In this document: positions 44,502 to 47,572 of the stretch, piece by piece
How positions within the stretch are numbered: the stretch's first letter is position 1
Layout: every line of letters starts with the position of its first letter
From: an uncultured Ruminococcus sp.
Lineage (GTDB): Bacteria > Bacillota > Clostridia > Oscillospirales > Acutalibacteraceae
Reading direction: 5' to 3'
DNA length: 47,572 nt
NCBI GenBank assembly: GCA_964617965.1
Contig: CAZTWO010000001.1
Location: 4,457-52,028 of the forward strand
Notes under the pieces: generated by a model
What the model was told of the DNA's origin: nothing
Seen by the model: the letters and a program-made list of their open reading frames with translations, nothing else
Database searches by the model: none
Made by a program: the position numbers and the translations under genes

Positions 44502-46184
44502 TTATTTTACAACGCGGGAGAAGAAGAAGTCCTTCTTTTCGGGGGTGTTGAGAACAACAACGGGCTTAATCTGGTTAAGAGCCATGCCCTTTGCGACGAT
44601 AGACTGACGATACTCTTCGTTGGAGCCGTTCTTAAGAACAAGGACCTCGGGATCGCTGAGCATGCCCCAGCGTCTGTACTTCTCGTACTTTTCGTTTGCC
44701 TCACGGAAGGTGTGGTCGACGAACTCCTCAATTTCTTTCTTCTTTTCGGCAAGAAGCTCGGGCTTGTCACTTTCGACCAGAAGCATATAGTTGGGAATTT
44801 CTTTGTCTATATCGCCGTAGAAGCTGTAAGCGACATTCTGATAGCCGAAGTGCTCCGCTGTTTTCTCGGCAACGAAGTCAAGCATCTGAGTTGTTGTCTT
44901 TTCGTTCGCGACGTTAAGACCCATATTGGAGCGATAGAGGAAACGAATTTTCTTGGACTCCTGATATTCGCCCGTAACTCTGATTATATCGAGAATACGG
45001 TATCTGTAAAGACCCGAGAAGTTTGTAACGATAATTTCATAGTCCTTGCCGACTTCAATCTGATCGAGCGTGAGAGGACGCATATCATCGGGAGCGTCAA
45101 CCGGCAGAAATTCATATATGATACTTCTGGGAAGCAGAACAACATTGTCGTCGTCAAGGTCAACGCACATGCCCATGAAGCCTTCGCTTGCGGCATAACC
45201 CATATGATGAATGGGAAGGTCGCCCACGTATCTTCTGAGCTTGTCCATATACAGACCGAGGGAGGAAGAAACCATGCCGTATGCCCATGCAAGTTTGGGC
45301 CAGATACGCTTTGCTATCGGCACTTCTGTCTCGAAGCCTTTTCTGAACTCCGCACGAAGTTCGTCCGCTCTCTTCGGATTGGGCTTTCTGTGGCCGTATT
45401 TCTTACGAAGGGAGTCGGGGCATTTTACGGACGGGTCAATTGTGCCCTTCTCGATGTCGTTGCATATCATTTCCCAGTTATTTTCAAGATACTCGAACAT
45501 GGTTGTAACAAGCGTTATAACCATACCGCCGAGGAAGGATACCTTCTTGCTGGGAAGCGCGAAAATAAGCTGGAAATAAGGAATATTTGTGTTCTCTTCA
45601 TCTTCGGGATAGAGAATATCCATAGGTGTGCAGGTGACGAACTTAAGAAGGCTCTTTACGTTGTCGTAAGGCACCTGACCCGCACCGTTGCTCATCATGC
45701 CGTTCGGGAGCTTGTGACCGTTGAGCGAGAGAAGCAGCGGACCGTAGAAGGTCGGGAACTTTTCGCCTCTTGCATCAAAATATCTCTTGGCGCAGGCTGT
45801 GGTGGGAACAAGTCCGCAGCACTGAAGATTCCATACATCCTGGAATGTCTTCGGCTGGAGCTTCGGCTTGCCTACACTGCCCGATGAAGAGCAGTAACGG
45901 ACAATCTTTTTGGATGTGATTATATTTTTCTCGCCCTTTTCGACCATTCTGTCGATAAGAGGAGCATAGTCCTCGAAAGTTGAAAGAGGTACCTTGTCCT
46001 GAAAATCCTTGAATGAGTGAATATTGGCGAAATCATATTTTTTGCCAAGTTCGCAGTCTTTGTTTTCCTCAATAATCTTCATGAGGGACTTAAGCTGTGT
46101 TTCCATGGCACATGAAGTATAATGTCTGAACTTTTTATAGGCGTATTTGCCGACAAAAAGGTTGTAGTTTGCTACAAAGCCCAT
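44502..46184 (-). CDS. GH3 (Gretchen Hagen 3) family acyl-acid amido synthetase-like protein (ANL superfamily)
   Basis: The N-terminal pattern (FQDKVPLSTFEDYAPLIDRM..GE.NI) and SSSGSVGKPK (SSGTT.GK.K-like P-loop) are typical of GH3-family proteins. The ATG at 46184 lies 9 nt from AAAGGA. The ORF-track start at 46193 is a TTG. Confidence 0.82.
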   Translation of the reverse strand: MGFVANYNLFVGKYAYKKFRHYTSCAMETQLKSLMKIIEENKDCELGKKYDFANIHSFKDFQDKVPLSTFEDYAPLIDRMVEKGEKNIITSKKIVRYCSSSGSVGKPKLQPKTFQDVWNLQCCGLVPTTACAKRYFDARGEKFPTFYGPLLLSLNGHKLPNGMMSNGAGQVPYDNVKSLLKFVTCTPMDILYPEDEENTNIPYFQLIFALPSKKVSFLGGMVITLVTTMFEYLENNWEMICNDIEKGTIDPSVKCPDSLRKKYGHRKPNPKRADELRAEFRKGFETEVPIAKRIWPKLAWAYGMVSSSLGLYMDKLRRYVGDLPIHHMGYAASEGFMGMCVDLDDDNVVLLPRSIIYEFLPVDAPDDMRPLTLDQIEVGKDYEIIVTNFSGLYRYRILDIIRVTGEYQESKKIRFLYRSNMGLNVANEKTTTQMLDFVAEKTAEHFGYQNVAYSFYGDIDKEIPNYMLLVESDKPELLAEKKKEIEEFVDHTFREANEKYEKYRRWGMLSDPEVLVLKNGSNEEYRQSIVAKGMALNQIKPVVVLNTPEKKDFFFSRVVK

Positions 46185-46458
46185 CGGTATCAATCCTTTC
46201 GATTTCTTAATAAACTATTCACATGTATTTTAACACACCGTTTTTTCTTTTTCAATAGGCAAATAAAAATATAACCGAGTGAGTAGGTAACTCCGGAACA
46301 GATAATTTACAATTTTTCAAACACAAAGCATCAATTATATACAAAGACAGAAATACATCTGTACAGTAAAACAACACATTTTTGCAATTGTGGGATTAAA
46401 CAACAATTTCGCGTTATCTGTGGTTTTTTGCAAGACAAAACAAATTTCACACAACAAG

Positions 46459-46487
46459 TTGACAAAAAAATTATTTTATACTATACT
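46459..46487 (+). promoter_or_regulatory. Candidate promoter TTGACA-N17-TATACT for the DUF2804 gene
   Basis: Hexamers at 46459-46464 and 46482-46487 with a 17-nt spacer, about 37 nt upstream of the ATG. Confidence 0.6.
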
Positions 46488-46523
46488 TAAAATATCAAAT
46501 TTCAACAAAAAGAGGACATAAGC

Positions 46524-47572
46524 ATGGACTTCAAAGAATATCTTTCAAGCAAAAGAACAGCTGTTCCCACACCGGACGACGTTGTAGACGCAAACGGCGA
46601 ATGCCACTTCGGTACATTTGACAAAGAGTTCAGGAACATGAATTTTCTCAATGTCAATCATCCGACAAAGCTGCCGAACATTTTCAACAAGTCACGCCTT
46701 ACCTTATGGGAGGCAACGGAAATTAACTTCGACAATGTCGTTCTGCTGACAGCCGTATGCGATATGGCGCTTTTCGGCACGGCACTCACAGTGCTCTATG
46801 ACAAGAGAACAAAAAAATGCACATCATGGCAGGAGATGTTCCCCGCATCAAAAGCATGCATCTCCCCTAACCTCATAAATTCAGCCGAGACCGTATCAAA
46901 GGGCAAAAAGGTGCGGCTGAGATATGTCAACAACTTCGAGCGGGGTCAGGCTATTGTATCGGGCTACGCCAACGACAAAAAGAGCGGAGCTATCGATTAC
47001 AGAGTCAAGCTCACAAGAGTTTCAAAGCCCAGCATCGTTAATATTCCGTTCGGCGAAAACAGACCGCTCTATTCACAGAAGGATCTGTTCTCGGTTGAAG
47101 GCTATCTTGAATATAACGGAGAGCGTCATGTCGCGAACAAGATGACAACGGCGATCATTGACGACCACAGAGGATACTATCCCAGAAACGCCCACTATGA
47201 CTGGGTTACAACAATGGGCCGCCGTGAGTTTGACGGCAAGGAGCAGTATTTCGGCTTCAACCTCACACGCAACCAGTCGATAAATCAGGATGAGTTTAAC
47301 GAGAATCTTATCTGGCTTGAGGGCGACTCCACGCTTCTGACACCCGTTGTATTCAAGCATTGGGACAAGAATCTGTGGCACATAACCGACGCATACGGAA
47401 TGGTTGACCTGCGTTTTGATATCGGCGACGAATTCCTGATGAAGGTTACAACCGGCATAATCAATATAGATTATCATATTACATTCGGTTCACTTAAGGG
47501 ATTTGTATGTTCTCCCGACGGAGACAAGTATGTGCTTGACGGCATGGTCGGGATTGGGGAAGACAAGACGCT
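46524..47572 (+). CDS. DUF2804 domain protein, 3'-truncated by the window end
   Basis: Open frame from ATG 46524 (AAGAGGA RBS) to the window edge, so it is absent from the ORF track for lack of a stop. My translation is MDFKEYLSS...NENLIWLEGDSTLLTPVVF...GIGEDKT, which resembles DUF2804 proteins. Confidence 0.8.
   Translation, partial: MDFKEYLSSKRTAVPTPDDVVDANGECHFGTFDKEFRNMNFLNVNHPTKLPNIFNKSRLTLWEATEINFDNVVLLTAVCDMALFGTALTVLYDKRTKKCTSWQEMFPASKACISPNLINSAETVSKGKKVRLRYVNNFERGQAIVSGYANDKKSGAIDYRVKLTRVSKPSIVNIPFGENRPLYSQKDLFSVEGYLEYNGERHVANKMTTAIIDDHRGYYPRNAHYDWVTTMGRREFDGKEQYFGFNLTRNQSINQDEFNENLIWLEGDSTLLTPVVFKHWDKNLWHITDAYGMVDLRFDIGDEFLMKVTTGIINIDYHITFGSLKGFVCSPDGDKYVLDGMVGIGEDKT

Noticed and set aside
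44493-45887. 464-aa ORF on the plus strand
   Set aside because: Antisense shadow of the GH3-family gene. It has no RBS, and the opposite strand carries clear family motifs.
46924-47477. ORFs 46924..47145 (plus) and 47073..47477 (minus)
   Set aside because: Both lie inside, out of frame or antisense to, the open DUF2804 reading frame that starts at 46524 and runs off the window.

Overview
47.6-kb chromosomal segment of a Gram-positive anaerobe. Gene content and two dockerin-bearing secreted proteins suggest a Ruminococcus/Oscillospiraceae-like Clostridium (inference). Recognisable genes: alaS, a HIT protein, tRNA-Leu(UAA), GH95 and GH27 glycosidases, topB, a dockerin-M28 peptidase, glyA, a polytopic membrane protein, yajC, a Crp/Fnr regulator with a divergent ferredoxin operon, an iolCBDEAG inositol operon, a GH13 / alpha-beta hydrolase / DUF1624 operon, a HAD hydrolase, T-box-controlled pheST, an ireB-like gene, an esterase, pdxK, a DUF6273-dockerin protein, a bacterial GH3-family enzyme and a partial DUF2804 gene. 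Two things stand out. (1) Eleven intergenic regions carry one modular repeat family that I cannot assign to a described class. It consists of tandem 7-bp arrays (AGCAATT, GCATAAT/GTAGAAT, GGGGCCA/GGGGACC, CCAGTGG/CCAGTAT, AGCAAGG) in a fixed order around a conserved core. The core holds a 7-bp hairpin whose stem differs between copies by fully compensatory changes (18 hairpins, 4 stem types). The arrays often begin at or within a few nt of stop codons, and the family forms 3x144-bp and 2x156-bp tandem blocks. (2) A low-GC island at about 19.45-22.93 kb encodes a class-II-type Fic protein and a tightly coupled 4-gene operon of unknown function (a DUF4417-like protein, then a basic/acidic small-protein pair, then one more). 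This is a candidate toxin/immunity or defence module. All functional calls rest on motif recognition by eye; no database searches were run.
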